DNA from: a virus
Taxonomy: Duplodnaviria; Caudoviricetes
Length of the DNA: 55,128 nucleotides
Virus record (IMG/VR): IMGVR_UViG_3300037246_000495
Span: 1-55,128 of that record
Direction: 5' to 3' (one strand)
This document shows, in pieces, positions 37,234 to 46,108 of this stretch; the first letter of the stretch is position 1; each line of letters opens with the position of its first letter. The notes under the pieces were generated by a model. It saw only the letters and a program-made list of their open reading frames with translations. It was not told where the DNA came from and did not search any database. The position numbers were made by a program, and so were the translations under genes.

Positions 37234-38046
37234 TTAAAATAATGTTTGTTGCATTGTGTGAATTCTTAATCTTAACATTGCCGCCTCGTAATACTCCTTA
37301 TCAAGCTCACACGCTGTTAAGTCGAATTTAAGGTTATGGCAAGCGATAGCGATTGAACCAGAACCAAGATGAGTATCAAGTATCTTGTCACCTTCTTTTG
37401 CAAAATTATCTAAGCAATATTGATACAGTGTAGGTGGTTTTTGTGTTGGGTGTATCTTTTCAGATTTATTTCTATATGCGCTATACCTAAACATGTTATT
37501 TGCTCCAGAGAAAGAAGTCCATGCAAACTCGCAATCAGAGAATGATAATCCTTTCGGAATTTCTTTATCCCAAATAATAAATTTTTTACACGGAGGAAGA
37601 TTAAAATAATTTCCACCCCAAATTATTTGATTTTTCGAAACCCTAAACAACTCGAGGAAGTACTCTTCGCTTGGTGTTGCATTATCCCAATCTTTTGCTT
37701 TCCACTTCCTATTTTTAGCTTTTGACGCTTTAGGAGTGTTGCCTATCCCCATATTCATATTAGCCAAATCTATCCCATAAGGAGGATCAACAATAGCTAA
37801 TTCAAAATAATTATCAGGATAACGCTTCATTAATTCCATGTTATCCTCACAGCTTATATTTATTTCACTCATAGTTTCGTATTCCATTAGGTTAGATTTA
37901 GACACTATACAAGTAGCCGTATGTGTCGCGTAATAGAACTTTCTTTCGGTTCGATTAAGATTTGAATCTAAAATATATCCAGATATAACAGATCCGAAAT
38001 CTTTTTTCAACTCGATTAAAGTTCCGTTTTTATGCTGGTAGATCAT
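37234..38046 (-). CDS. DNA N6-adenine/N4-cytosine methyltransferase, beta class (core starts at 37872)
   Basis: DPPY, IIWGGNYF, HPTQKP and ILDTHLGSGS. Confidence 0.93.
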   Translation of the reverse strand: MIYQHKNGTLIELKKDFGSVISGYILDSNLNRTERKFYYATHTATCIVSKSNLMEYETMSEINISCEDNMELMKRYPDNYFELAIVDPPYGIDLANMNMGIGNTPKASKAKNRKWKAKDWDNATPSEEYFLELFRVSKNQIIWGGNYFNLPPCKKFIIWDKEIPKGLSFSDCEFAWTSFSGANNMFRYSAYRNKSEKIHPTQKPPTLYQYCLDNFAKEGDKILDTHLGSGSIAIACHNLKFDLTACELDKEYYEAAMLRLRIHTMQQTLF

Positions 38047-38049
38047 CGG

Positions 38050-38265
38050 TTACATACCTCCTAATAGTTCGCCGCATTTTTCAGGATCTTCTAATGTTTG
38101 CCATAATGATTTTAATTCATCATTTGCCTTTTTCAGATCATGTTCTAATTTCTTTACATTGTCTGGCTTTGCATTTTTAATGCCAGCTTTATAAGCATCT
38201 GATGCGATTTTATGGTATGTTGGATAGTTGCCAAATAATTTATCTGCATATTGTTTTGCTGTCAT
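38050..38265 (-). CDS. Hypothetical protein
   Basis: 71-aa ORF. Confidence 0.5.
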   Translation of the reverse strand: MTAKQYADKLFGNYPTYHKIASDAYKAGIKNAKPDNVKKLEHDLKKANDELKSLWQTLEDPEKCGELLGGM

Positions 38266-38491
38266 GATTAATGTTTTTAATTAGTTTCACAGGACATCTC
38301 GAAAATTCCGCCCTCTTCAATTTATAATACTTCTCATCACCCTTCACAATACTCCTCACAGTCCCACGCGTCACGCCGTATTTAAGCGCCGTTTGTTCTA
38401 AAGCTTGTAATTCTATCACGTAATCACAAATAAGCTCTGCATAGTGTCTTATTATGCTTCTGTGGCGTTTCTTGGTTTCGGGTTGTTTCAT
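38240..38491 (-). CDS. Helix-turn-helix DNA-binding protein
   Basis: LEQTALKYGVTRGTVRSIVKG. Confidence 0.6.
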   Translation of the reverse strand: MKQPETKKRHRSIIRHYAELICDYVIELQALEQTALKYGVTRGTVRSIVKGDEKYYKLKRAEFSRCPVKLIKNINHDSKTICR

Positions 38492-38503
38492 GGTGTGTAA
38501 ATA

Positions 38504-38896
38504 TTAAATCCATCTTCTAATCGTGCATCTTCCATAACCAACTCTATCTTTCATAAAGAACGAGTCTTGAGAGCCAAAATAAGCGTCTGCAATCCATCCG
38601 TTGGAAAGTAATGATTGTGCGTATTCTGCAAGTCTCACTCTATCGTCCCTGTTCGCGTACCACTTTGGCAGTATGAATTCAAATGATTTATTTTCGTGCT
38701 TCTTACCCACCTTCTCTAATCCTCTTACGATTAATTTACAATTAACACTAGCTTGTCTTGACAGGCACATACTTAATTGCTCAGGCGTTAACTCTATGGT
38801 TGCAAACTTTATATTTGCTTCATCGTCATGAATCTCAATTGTTGTGTATTCTCGATTTATTAATATCGATACTTGGCCTTTTAATTCTTTCTTCAT
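38504..38896 (-). CDS. Hypothetical phage protein
   Basis: 130 aa. First gene after a motif promoter. Confidence 0.6.
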   Translation of the reverse strand: MKKELKGQVSILINREYTTIEIHDDEANIKFATIELTPEQLSMCLSRQASVNCKLIVRGLEKVGKKHENKSFEFILPKWYANRDDRVRLAEYAQSLLSNGWIADAYFGSQDSFFMKDRVGYGRCTIRRWI

Positions 38897-38916
38897 AGCT
38901 TAATTTATTAGTTTCT

Positions 38917-38971
38917 CAAATCTACCCTTTTATATTTCTATAATGAAGCAGGCCTGTATGTTGTATAGCAG
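38917..38971 (-). promoter_or_regulatory. Palindromic motif plus -7 box (33-nt gap)
   Basis: ATGTTGTATAGCAG, with TAGATTTG on minus. Confidence 0.75.
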
Positions 38972-38972
38972 G

Positions 38973-39236
38973 TTAATTCATATCTCCTTTAATCCATTCA
39001 GTCGCTTCTCCCAACATCAAATCTGTAATTTCTTGAACTGATTCATAATCACTTAATGGGTGATGCCTTCCTCCATCTTTCAAATCAAATGCGTAAGAAT
39101 GAATCTCATTTTCTGAAAAATCAATAGGATCATAACTTTTACCACAGCTATTATCTCCATTAATTCTAAACATTAAATCTTGCAATGCTTGCGCATATCC
39201 TCTTAAGTACATTTCATCTTTATTATTTAGTTTCAT
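38973..39236 (-). CDS. Hypothetical protein
   Basis: 87-aa ORF. Confidence 0.5.
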   Translation of the reverse strand: MKLNNKDEMYLRGYAQALQDLMFRINGDNSCGKSYDPIDFSENEIHSYAFDLKDGGRHHPLSDYESVQEITDLMLGEATEWIKGDMN

Positions 39237-39256
39237 ATCTTAATTATTTATTAGAT

Positions 39257-39718
39257 TTAAAATTTAACTATCTTTTTTCTTAGCTCCTGGAACTTTAGAA
39301 GATCTAAATATTTTCGATAATGGCATGTATCACTTTTTATAGTATTTAATGGCACATCGAAATAATCAGCAATAGTATTCCTTAAAAAACCTTCACTCAT
39401 TAGAACCGTGTACAAAGCCCCCTTGTGCATTCTATTTCCTCCATTCGTAATTCTGTCTATTATATCAGATGTTAACTCCTTATCTCTCTTTAGCCCTTTA
39501 TTCCCTATACTATGCCTTAATCCTCGCCACACAGTAGCCTTTGAACTGTTAGTGGCCATTGCGATAGCGGCTATGGAGTATCCTTTTTTGTGTAATGACA
39601 GGAAGACTTTATATCTTAGTTCAACTGATTCCTCTTTATGGTTTCTAATTTTAATAGATTTAGCTTTCTTTTTATCGCCTTGTACGGCTTTTAATATGTC
39701 TTGGTTTATGGTTGGCAT
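39257..39718 (-). CDS. Tandem HTH DNA-binding protein (sigma region 4/LuxR-like helices)
   Basis: KGYSIAAIAMATNSSKATVWRGL and EGFLRNTIADYFDVPLNTIK. Confidence 0.65.
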   Translation of the reverse strand: MPTINQDILKAVQGDKKKAKSIKIRNHKEESVELRYKVFLSLHKKGYSIAAIAMATNSSKATVWRGLRHSIGNKGLKRDKELTSDIIDRITNGGNRMHKGALYTVLMSEGFLRNTIADYFDVPLNTIKSDTCHYRKYLDLLKFQELRKKIVKF

Positions 39719-39878
39719 AGCTTATTATTCTTTTCATCAGTTAGTGATTTACAATTCTTTTCATCGTGACAAGAAATACCAGGGTATTGTTGCATAAAAC
39801 CCGCCCCTCTCCAATATTCACCTAATTCTAAAAGTGGCTTTAATTTGCCGCATATCGAGCACTTTTCTTTTTCTTGTT

Positions 39879-40196
39879 TCATGGCTTAAATTTTCTAGGT
39901 AAATTATTTCTAATATTTACATTTCCCTTTTTATTCAGATTGAATTTAGGAATGTTTATTTTTATTGGCTTGCTCCATCCTGATTTATGATAGTCGTTTA
40001 AATCTGTAAGAATATCAAAATCGATAAGATCATCTATAATTATAGATTCAATTTTCAGCCCGTAATCTTTTACGCAATTATCGGATGATTTCGCAATTTC
40101 TACAACTGAATGCCCAGCTTCTTCTATATGCGCAATTAACGCCCCTATTAATTTAGATTTGCCACAATAACAATGTCCTATAATTCCTATTTTCAT
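39879..40196 (-). CDS. Hypothetical protein with N-terminal P-loop-like segment
   Basis: MKIGIIGHCYCGKS. Confidence 0.4.
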   Translation of the reverse strand: MKIGIIGHCYCGKSKLIGALIAHIEEAGHSVVEIAKSSDNCVKDYGLKIESIIIDDLIDFDILTDLNDYHKSGWSKPIKINIPKFNLNKKGNVNIRNNLPRKFKP

Positions 40197-40269
40197 AGCT
40201 TATAATATTTCAGTTAATAGCTTGTCAATATCAATCCATTCGTTATCGATTAGGATTTCTCTCTTAGTC

Positions 40270-40325
40270 ACAATATAGCCCTTTCTAATGTATCTCTTGT
40301 AGATAAACATTGTGCTATACAACAT
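40270..40325 (-). promoter_or_regulatory. Motif plus -7-like box (34-nt gap)
   Basis: GTGCTATACAACAT, with TATATTGT on minus. Confidence 0.5.
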
Positions 40326-40378
40326 ATTTACGATTATAATTTTGTTGAGCTTTTGGAATGTGTATTTGAATTTCATGG

Positions 40379-40906
40379 CTATTTTGCTTGGTGCTTAAAT
40401 TTAATAAATGATGATCCGTAAAATAAACGCTGTGCTAGTTTAGATGCCATCTTTTCATATATCTCATAAGTTGCTTTCTCCCTATGTAGTCTAGGCGCTA
40501 TCTTTACGTAATGCAACATTCCAACATCACTAACATAAATTAACCCTGCGTATTCTGGGATGTCTTCAATCTTAATTAATCCATGCGGACATACATAGTA
40601 GAAGTAATTCGGTATCTTAATTGCTTTTCTCTGTTCATCCGTTCGTTTTCCCCTCTTCCATATGTCGTACATTTTGAAAGCCATTCTATTTTTAAGATTT
40701 TCATGTTTAAATTTCTTATTCCTAAAATCAGCTTTAAAGTCAGAGTATGAACGTTTGATTTCAGACTCAGTTATATATCCAGCCTTAGAAATCTCAATAA
40801 CATCCATTTCCTGCAAATCCATAGTTTCAAACGAATCACAGAAATGCTTCACGCCTCTAGATATGAAATTACTAAATATTGCGTTTACGATAAAGTTAGT
40901 TTTCAT
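40379..40906 (-). CDS. MmcB-like PD-(D/E)XK nuclease
   Basis: EMDV...ESEIKRSYSDFKADF..K...PNYFYYVCP..LI..EDIPEYAGLIY. Confidence 0.75.
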   Translation of the reverse strand: MKTNFIVNAIFSNFISRGVKHFCDSFETMDLQEMDVIEISKAGYITESEIKRSYSDFKADFRNKKFKHENLKNRMAFKMYDIWKRGKRTDEQRKAIKIPNYFYYVCPHGLIKIEDIPEYAGLIYVSDVGMLHYVKIAPRLHREKATYEIYEKMASKLAQRLFYGSSFIKFKHQAK

Positions 40907-40909
40907 AGT

Positions 40910-41431
40910 TTATTTCCTCCTAATTTTCAAATGTTTGTTTAATTTCTGCTCTCTCCATGCTTTATCCTCTCGCTCAATTCGTCTTATGTCAGCCTGTAAA
41001 TACTGTTTAGAAATAAAGTTACCTCTCGACTTAGAGTAGCCCGAAAGGAATTGCGCACATGTTTTGATATTTACCCCGTACATTTGACCATAATCACCTA
41101 ACACCCCATTTTCGAAGGCTAAGCGAATTTCTTTTGTAGTCAGAGAAGAGTATTGTTTTATAATCATTCGCAATACACGTCCGATTAAGTAGGCTGAATC
41201 GTCACGCTCTGGAGATGTGCCTGCATCACCAAGCAATTGAGTAACTATAACAGCGATTGATTCCTTTAAGGTTTCCATTTCATAGGATCTAATCGGTAAA
41301 TCTGAGCATATAGCTACTGCAATTTCTCCTTTTGCCTCAACACTTTCCATTAAAAGTTTTGTTTTGTGCGGCTTTATTGCTATCGCTAAATCTACAACTG
41401 GATTTTTAATAATTACAATTTCGTTTTTCAT
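40910..41431 (-). CDS. Probable helicase loader/inhibitor (gene following the initiator)
   Basis: LT..EIRLAFENG..GDYG motif, overlapping the initiator gene. Confidence 0.5.
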   Translation of the reverse strand: MKNEIVIIKNPVVDLAIAIKPHKTKLLMESVEAKGEIAVAICSDLPIRSYEMETLKESIAVIVTQLLGDAGTSPERDDSAYLIGRVLRMIIKQYSSLTTKEIRLAFENGVLGDYGQMYGVNIKTCAQFLSGYSKSRGNFISKQYLQADIRRIEREDKAWREQKLNKHLKIRRK

Positions 41432-42204
41432 GTTAAATCTATATCAGTATTTTTAATAATTTCTAAAGCCTCTTTACTGGCTTGAATTGTTCTACCTATT
41501 TTACTTGTCGGTTGATTTTTCGCGGAATAATTATTTTTCAATTCGAATATTCCAGCCCAATTGTTAGACATTGATTGCTCAATTATTTTTTCGGCCACGG
41601 AACTTTCGTTTTTTGCAATTCCTAAAAGTTTTTTAATGAATGATCTTAATCCAGTTTCTTTATAAGATTGCTTCTTTTCATTTTTATAAGTCAGCCAGTT
41701 TTTAATTACCTTTTCGAATTCTGAATTTAAAGTAAAATCCTCTTTGACTTTTTCGAAAGTCAATAGGTATTTCTTATCATTCTTAACCTTCTTTACTTCT
41801 TCTCCTTCTTTAGTTGGTGCCGTTTGTGTTTCGTTTGCGTTTCGTTTGCGTTTCATCTCTGTTTCATCTGCGTTTCGCTCATCCTGATAAGTCTCATAAT
41901 TACAGACAGTTAAGCGTGTCGTTTTATGCTCTGACTTTGATACAATCATTGAATCGTTTTCGAGCAACTTGAAAAACCGTCTAACCTTAGATTTATTCCA
42001 ATTATTACCGAAACTTTTTGCCCATGAATCGAGAGATAAAAGAGATTCCCCACGCTTACATTCGAACACTGTATTTTTAATATTAACCTTTTTAGACTCG
42101 AAATTAACAGTGAATAATATAATCATCCATGCTCTATATTTTTCAGCGTCAGAAAAGATCCAGTGGTCTTGTATGGCTCGGTGTGCTTTTATCCATCCCA
42201 CCAT
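41428..42204 (-). CDS. Phage replication initiator (replisome organizer-like)
   Basis: GWIK.HR.I..HW, L...W.W.KSKVRRF...L...MI, TVCNYETYQ, a low-complexity linker and C-terminal IIEQSMSNNWAGIF. Confidence 0.85.
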   Translation of the reverse strand: MVGWIKAHRAIQDHWIFSDAEKYRAWMIILFTVNFESKKVNIKNTVFECKRGESLLSLDSWAKSFGNNWNKSKVRRFFKLLENDSMIVSKSEHKTTRLTVCNYETYQDERNADETEMKRKRNANETQTAPTKEGEEVKKVKNDKKYLLTFEKVKEDFTLNSEFEKVIKNWLTYKNEKKQSYKETGLRSFIKKLLGIAKNESSVAEKIIEQSMSNNWAGIFELKNNYSAKNQPTSKIGRTIQASKEALEIIKNTDIDLT

Positions 42205-42507
42205 CTATTCGCCCTCCATTTTAAATATATCCTCCAATTCTTTTCTAGCATTTTCATGCGGAATAAGATTAAAGTTCTCGTACATTAATTGTTTAACTCT
42301 ATTCTGTAAGCCTTCATTATTCTCCTTTAAGCCTTTAATCGTATTATTCCTTTTGGTCAATGCAGCTTCATATTCCTCATTTGATTTCCTATATTTAAGT
42401 TCATCTATATAGGATTTAAGCTTGCCTAACTCGACCTGTTGGCTTTTAATTATAACACTATCAGGAACTTTTAATAAGTCGTGTACTGATATTGATTTAT
42501 CTCCCAT
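42205..42507 (-). CDS. Coiled-coil hypothetical protein
   Basis: 100 aa, coupled to neighbouring genes. Confidence 0.55.
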   Translation of the reverse strand: MGDKSISVHDLLKVPDSVIIKSQQVELGKLKSYIDELKYRKSNEEYEAALTKRNNTIKGLKENNEGLQNRVKQLMYENFNLIPHENARKELEDIFKMEGE

Positions 42508-42938
42508 TATTTAGCCTCCTTTAATTCTAATTCTGTTATATAGTATTCTTTAGGGATTCCGATAGCGAACCCATGCGACCTAAAACAATCTGAAAATTCT
42601 ATTATATTAGGTGCATCTTGCTTAATCACACCACTCATGATTCTTAATATATATTTCTTTGCTTCATGAAAATTACAGGTTGGGTTCTGTCTAATGAAAC
42701 AATCAATTTTTAATTCTAATAGAATAATTCTTAACTCATCTTCGCTTATATTCTTAAGCTCTTTTAGGATTAGTTTCTTTTGATCCTCATTCAACATCGC
42801 GTGTATTGACAATGGGGTAACTTCTCGAATAGATTCTGTTTTCGGATTTAATGTTCTAGTGACATGAATCATATTAGACCCTAAATATCTACCAAACCAT
42901 TTAATTTTATCGTTCATATCTTCAGTTATATAATTCAA
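42507..42938 (-). CDS. Hypothetical phage protein
   Basis: 143 aa with a KLILK.L..IS.DE pattern. Confidence 0.55.
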   Translation of the reverse strand: MNYITEDMNDKIKWFGRYLGSNMIHVTRTLNPKTESIREVTPLSIHAMLNEDQKKLILKELKNISEDELRIILLELKIDCFIRQNPTCNFHEAKKYILRIMSGVIKQDAPNIIEFSDCFRSHGFAIGIPKEYYITELELKEAK

Positions 42939-43110
42939 TTAATAAATCTTTAATCTCATTAAGCAAACAGTGTCCATCACACTCTGCGTTATCCCAAATT
43001 GCAGTAACAGACATTACATCCTCTACGCAAGTATTATCATCACACTTTTGTAGTATGTCTCGTGTTGCTTCTAATAATTTAATTGCTTGTTTTTCATTTT
43101 CTGTTTTCAT
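42922..43110 (-). CDS. Hypothetical protein
   Basis: 62-aa ORF. Confidence 0.5.
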   Translation of the reverse strand: MKTENEKQAIKLLEATRDILQKCDDNTCVEDVMSVTAIWDNAECDGHCLLNEIKDLLIELYN

Positions 43111-43145
43111 TATACAAGTTGTAAAAAGTTAATAGACAAAAATAA

Positions 43146-43304
43146 TTAAGCGAGTTTAAACCACGCTGAATTCATAATATTCTTCTTTACTGCCTTACCT
43201 TCACGCACCCAATTATAAACAGATGCTCTTGTCTTCAGTCCAGCTATAACCATGAACGAATGAATATCATAGTAAGTTTCATTTCCTAGTGTTAGTTTAT
43301 TCAT
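43146..43304 (-). CDS. 52-aa excisionase/MerR-like winged HTH protein (not in ORF track)
   Basis: MNKLTLGNETYYDIHSFMVIAGLKTRASVYNWVREGKAVKK...WF. It heads the replication operon. Confidence 0.65.
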   Translation of the reverse strand: MNKLTLGNETYYDIHSFMVIAGLKTRASVYNWVREGKAVKKNIMNSAWFKLA

Positions 43305-43509
43305 ACTGTATAAAAATTTAAGTTAAGAGAAGCCGATCATCTCGGCTTACTCTTGCAATGTAGTTATAATTAATTTGATATACAATACTTTGTACAAAAT
43401 CATGCATATTTGTAAAAAGTATTTAATGTTACGGTAACAATGGTTACTATAGTAGCGATAATAAGCCCGATAAGGCATGAATCGCTATTATAGTAGCTGT
43501 TTTTAAATG

Positions 43510-44754
43510 CTAATGAAGCGATGATAAAACAGTTTCGTAAATACTTACGCCCCTTATTTTACTGACTGATTTAGCATTATACATTTCGAGTTCGTTTTGT
43601 ATTGGATAACCATCATAACCATCTGTGTTTTGCAGATCAATCATCATTCCATCAATTGAACCGTCAGGATATATGAGTGCTGAATTCTGAGAAGCACGAG
43701 AGGTTAGATTTAAGCCATCCTCACTGAAAGCATTTGCACCCACAGTCGAACTGGACCTCATGAACATCTCAGTTATATAAGCCTCATGAATATGACCGAA
43801 TACAACAAATCTAATTGCTATGCCTTGCTTTGAATATTGAGCCACTAGTTTAGTTAGTGCGGTGTGTGGATCCTTGCCAAAACCTTGATGTCCGTGAATT
43901 AATAAAACATTATGTCCGTTGATATTCACAATCTTCTTAGCTCCTAATCTATTATCAAATTCGATTCCATCTTTATCTTTTAGAATTCTTCTAATAATAT
44001 TAAAGATTGAAGTATCGTAAGTATCGGATGCTATTAGGTCCTCGAATCCTAAATCTTTATTTACCCTGGACTCATTGCCATCTACATAAGAAATAAACAC
44101 GTTGAAATGTTGGTTTAATTCCAATATAGCATTAATTAATATTTCAGATACAAGGAACTGCGCACAACTTCGATTTGTAGCCATTACAGCCTTCTCATCA
44201 TCTCTTCTGTCACTGTTTAGCATATCACCCGTCATTGCAAAAACGATATCCGTAACCCCATTATTTTTATAATACTGAATGGTTTTCTTAACATGTTTCT
44301 GCACACGCTTAGACATTATGGTAAAATCATATTTATTGACTGATAAATTTACTAATTCATTACCGTGAAGATCAGAGCTTACGATTAATCCCATCGGTAC
44401 ACCATTGTGCTTAACGTGACTTTGGGTTTTGATCTCTAATGAGTGTCGTTTAAATACGTTTAAAAGCTCCTTATTAGATTCATTAAGCGCATTGTATAAA
44501 CGAATATCATCACGCCATGTTTTGCGCTCTAATCGGTTCGTGTCTTGAAACTTTTGTTTCTCAGCTTTATATTTCTGATTACTTTCTATAAGCTCAACTG
44601 CTAATACTTCGCTTATATCTTCTCTATGATCTCTAACCAAGCATAATACCCTTGCGACACTTTCAGAAACACCAAACGTTTTTGCTATTTGCTTTCTTCC
44701 TACTCCTGGCATGTTGATTACTTCGGCTAATAAATTCTTATCCATAGTTTTCAA
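43510..44754 (-). CDS. Calcineurin-like metallophosphoesterase with N-terminal HTH
   Basis: SDLH, TGD, GNESR, IHGH and GHIH motifs. N-terminal RKQIAKTFGVSESVAR. Confidence 0.85.
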   Translation of the reverse strand: MKTMDKNLLAEVINMPGVGRKQIAKTFGVSESVARVLCLVRDHREDISEVLAVELIESNQKYKAEKQKFQDTNRLERKTWRDDIRLYNALNESNKELLNVFKRHSLEIKTQSHVKHNGVPMGLIVSSDLHGNELVNLSVNKYDFTIMSKRVQKHVKKTIQYYKNNGVTDIVFAMTGDMLNSDRRDDEKAVMATNRSCAQFLVSEILINAILELNQHFNVFISYVDGNESRVNKDLGFEDLIASDTYDTSIFNIIRRILKDKDGIEFDNRLGAKKIVNINGHNVLLIHGHQGFGKDPHTALTKLVAQYSKQGIAIRFVVFGHIHEAYITEMFMRSSSTVGANAFSEDGLNLTSRASQNSALIYPDGSIDGMMIDLQNTDGYDGYPIQNELEMYNAKSVSKIRGVSIYETVLSSLH

Positions 44755-44772
44755 AGTTTAGTTTAGTTTAGT

Positions 44773-45024
44773 TTAAATTACATAGTTATCAATCTCTTTA
44801 GGCATCTCGTCTTTACAATACCGTTTCTTTTCTATAAATCTAAATAGTGGAATTGATATTTTACCACGATAAATTAAAGGTTTCCCGACTCGTAGATTAA
44901 CAATCAATCTGGCTTTCTCTCCCGTTGCCGTGTAGATGCTTTCTACATTGTCTCGTTTAAGTTCTACTCTTATCTTCTCTTTCGCGTCATGATATTCTGG
45001 TGATTCTCGTATTTCTTCATACAT
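44773..45024 (-). CDS. Hypothetical protein
   Basis: 83-aa ORF. Confidence 0.5.
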   Translation of the reverse strand: MYEEIRESPEYHDAKEKIRVELKRDNVESIYTATGEKARLIVNLRVGKPLIYRGKISIPLFRFIEKKRYCKDEMPKEIDNYVI

Positions 45025-45026
45025 GA

Positions 45027-45320
45027 TTATAATTTTACGGGTGTTTGACTGTTACTAGGGATCGCATATCCATTTCCTATCGGAGTGAAGGTAATCGCCT
45101 CCTCTGTATGGTTCTTTGATGTGAATTTACTCTTATCATACGCTACTCCGATAATCTGATAAGCAGTCATAAATACTGAAAAAGGAAGTATTGGCCAATA
45201 GTTAAATGGGTTTGCATCATTAGCGAATAGATCGTAAAGTGCGTATCCAAGCCATGCGCCACTTAGCGCGAATAAGATTCCTGATAGTATTAGTAATTTT
45301 CTTAGTGCTTTAGTTTTCAT
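45027..45320 (-). CDS. Two-TM membrane protein
   Basis: Two hydrophobic segments. Confidence 0.6.
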   Translation of the reverse strand: MKTKALRKLLILSGILFALSGAWLGYALYDLFANDANPFNYWPILPFSVFMTAYQIIGVAYDKSKFTSKNHTEEAITFTPIGNGYAIPSNSQTPVKL

Positions 45321-45334
45321 AGTTTAAATTTTAG

Positions 45335-45559
45335 TTAAAATGGGCACTCTGATTTAATAGGTTTTCTTAATAATAATCTTAGTGATTTAAGGCTCTTGAA
45401 TTTTCCTTTTATGCAATATCCTATCATCCCATTTTTTAAGGTTTGTTTTATACGCCTTCCTGTTTTTATATTATAACATTCGTTGAACTTATTCCACACA
45501 TACTCAGGATGTGTGGAAAGTTCAAATACTACCGTGTATGTTACTGTAAATAAGCGCAT
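45335..45559 (-). CDS. Small basic protein (NUMOD4-like beta hairpin) adjacent to the cassette entry site
   Basis: PEY....ECYNIKTGRRIKQ....IGY.I.GKF.SL..LR...CPF. Confidence 0.55.
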   Translation of the reverse strand: MRLFTVTYTVVFELSTHPEYVWNKFNECYNIKTGRRIKQTLKNGMIGYCIKGKFKSLKSLRLLLRKPIKSECPF

Positions 45560-45601
45560 ATGCAGGAAGTTGAAGTGTGTTTATCCAGTTGTTATAAACC
45601 A

Positions 45602-45820
45602 TTAGGTTCTTTTATTCCACCACGCAACTGCGCCCATGCTATTACCTAAAGCTTTTTCCATTTTTAAACCACATCTTAGACACACAACTTCTTCTTTATT
45701 ATAACTATTTGGGACATGTACGGCAATATCATTACTTTCTCCGCATATCGGGCAGGGTAAAAGCAGTTGCTTTATTGTACTCATAGCCCATTCTTCTTTA
45801 TTAAATTCTGGCGTTTCCAT
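45602..45820 (-). CDS. Lar-like restriction alleviation zinc-finger protein inside an integron-like cassette
   Basis: LLPCPICG...VVCLRCG...AVAWWNKR. Flanked by GTTATAAACC (45591) and GGTTTATAAC (45829). Confidence 0.75.
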   Translation of the reverse strand: METPEFNKEEWAMSTIKQLLLPCPICGESNDIAVHVPNSYNKEEVVCLRCGLKMEKALGNSMGAVAWWNKRT

Positions 45821-45828
45821 ATCTTAAC

Positions 45829-45925
45829 GGTTTATAACAAGCAGCATATTTAATTGCTTGTTAAGTTCATAATAATTCAAATCTTTATTTTTGGCAACTA
45901 AAACATGCTGCCAATCCATTACATG
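45829..45925 (+). repeat. attC-like hairpin, copy 2
   Basis: Near-identical to 35247-35343. Ends gctgccaatccATTACATG. Confidence 0.75.
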
Positions 45926-45931
45926 CAATTT

Positions 45932-46105
45932 TTATTTATTTTCCCCACGCTCTTTGCTTTTTACAAAAGCATAAAAGGAACAAATTGCAGCTTCATATCT
46001 TCGCTTCGCACTACTGTTAGCGTAGGCTTCGGGCGTTAAGTCGAAAAACTGAGCTATCTCTTTATTGGATAGCTTCAGTTCTTTTTTTAGTTCTTTAATT
46101 TTCAT
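45932..46105 (-). CDS. 57-aa HTH protein in the second cassette (not in ORF track)
   Basis: MKIKELKKELKLSNKEIAQFFDLTPEAYANSSAKRRYE. Confidence 0.65.
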   Translation of the reverse strand: MKIKELKKELKLSNKEIAQFFDLTPEAYANSSAKRRYEAAICSFYAFVKSKERGENK

Positions 46106-46108
46106 TAT

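Noticed and set aside
39879-40196. Functional nucleotide kinase
   Set aside because: Only a Walker A-like start is visible. The protein is short and lacks the remaining motifs.
6798-40325. Recurrent ACATGTT-type motif as a CRISPR array or a known SOS box
   Set aside because: The copies are dispersed, degenerate and 14 bp long, with no regular spacers. The dyad does not match the LexA boxes I know (CTGT-N8-ACAG, GAAC-N4-GTTC).
41820-41880. Repeated tttcgtttgcg/tttcatctg units inside the initiator gene as a novel repeat
   Set aside because: Iteron-like repeats in the linker of lambdoid-type initiator genes are expected. This is plausibly the origin, but it is not novel.
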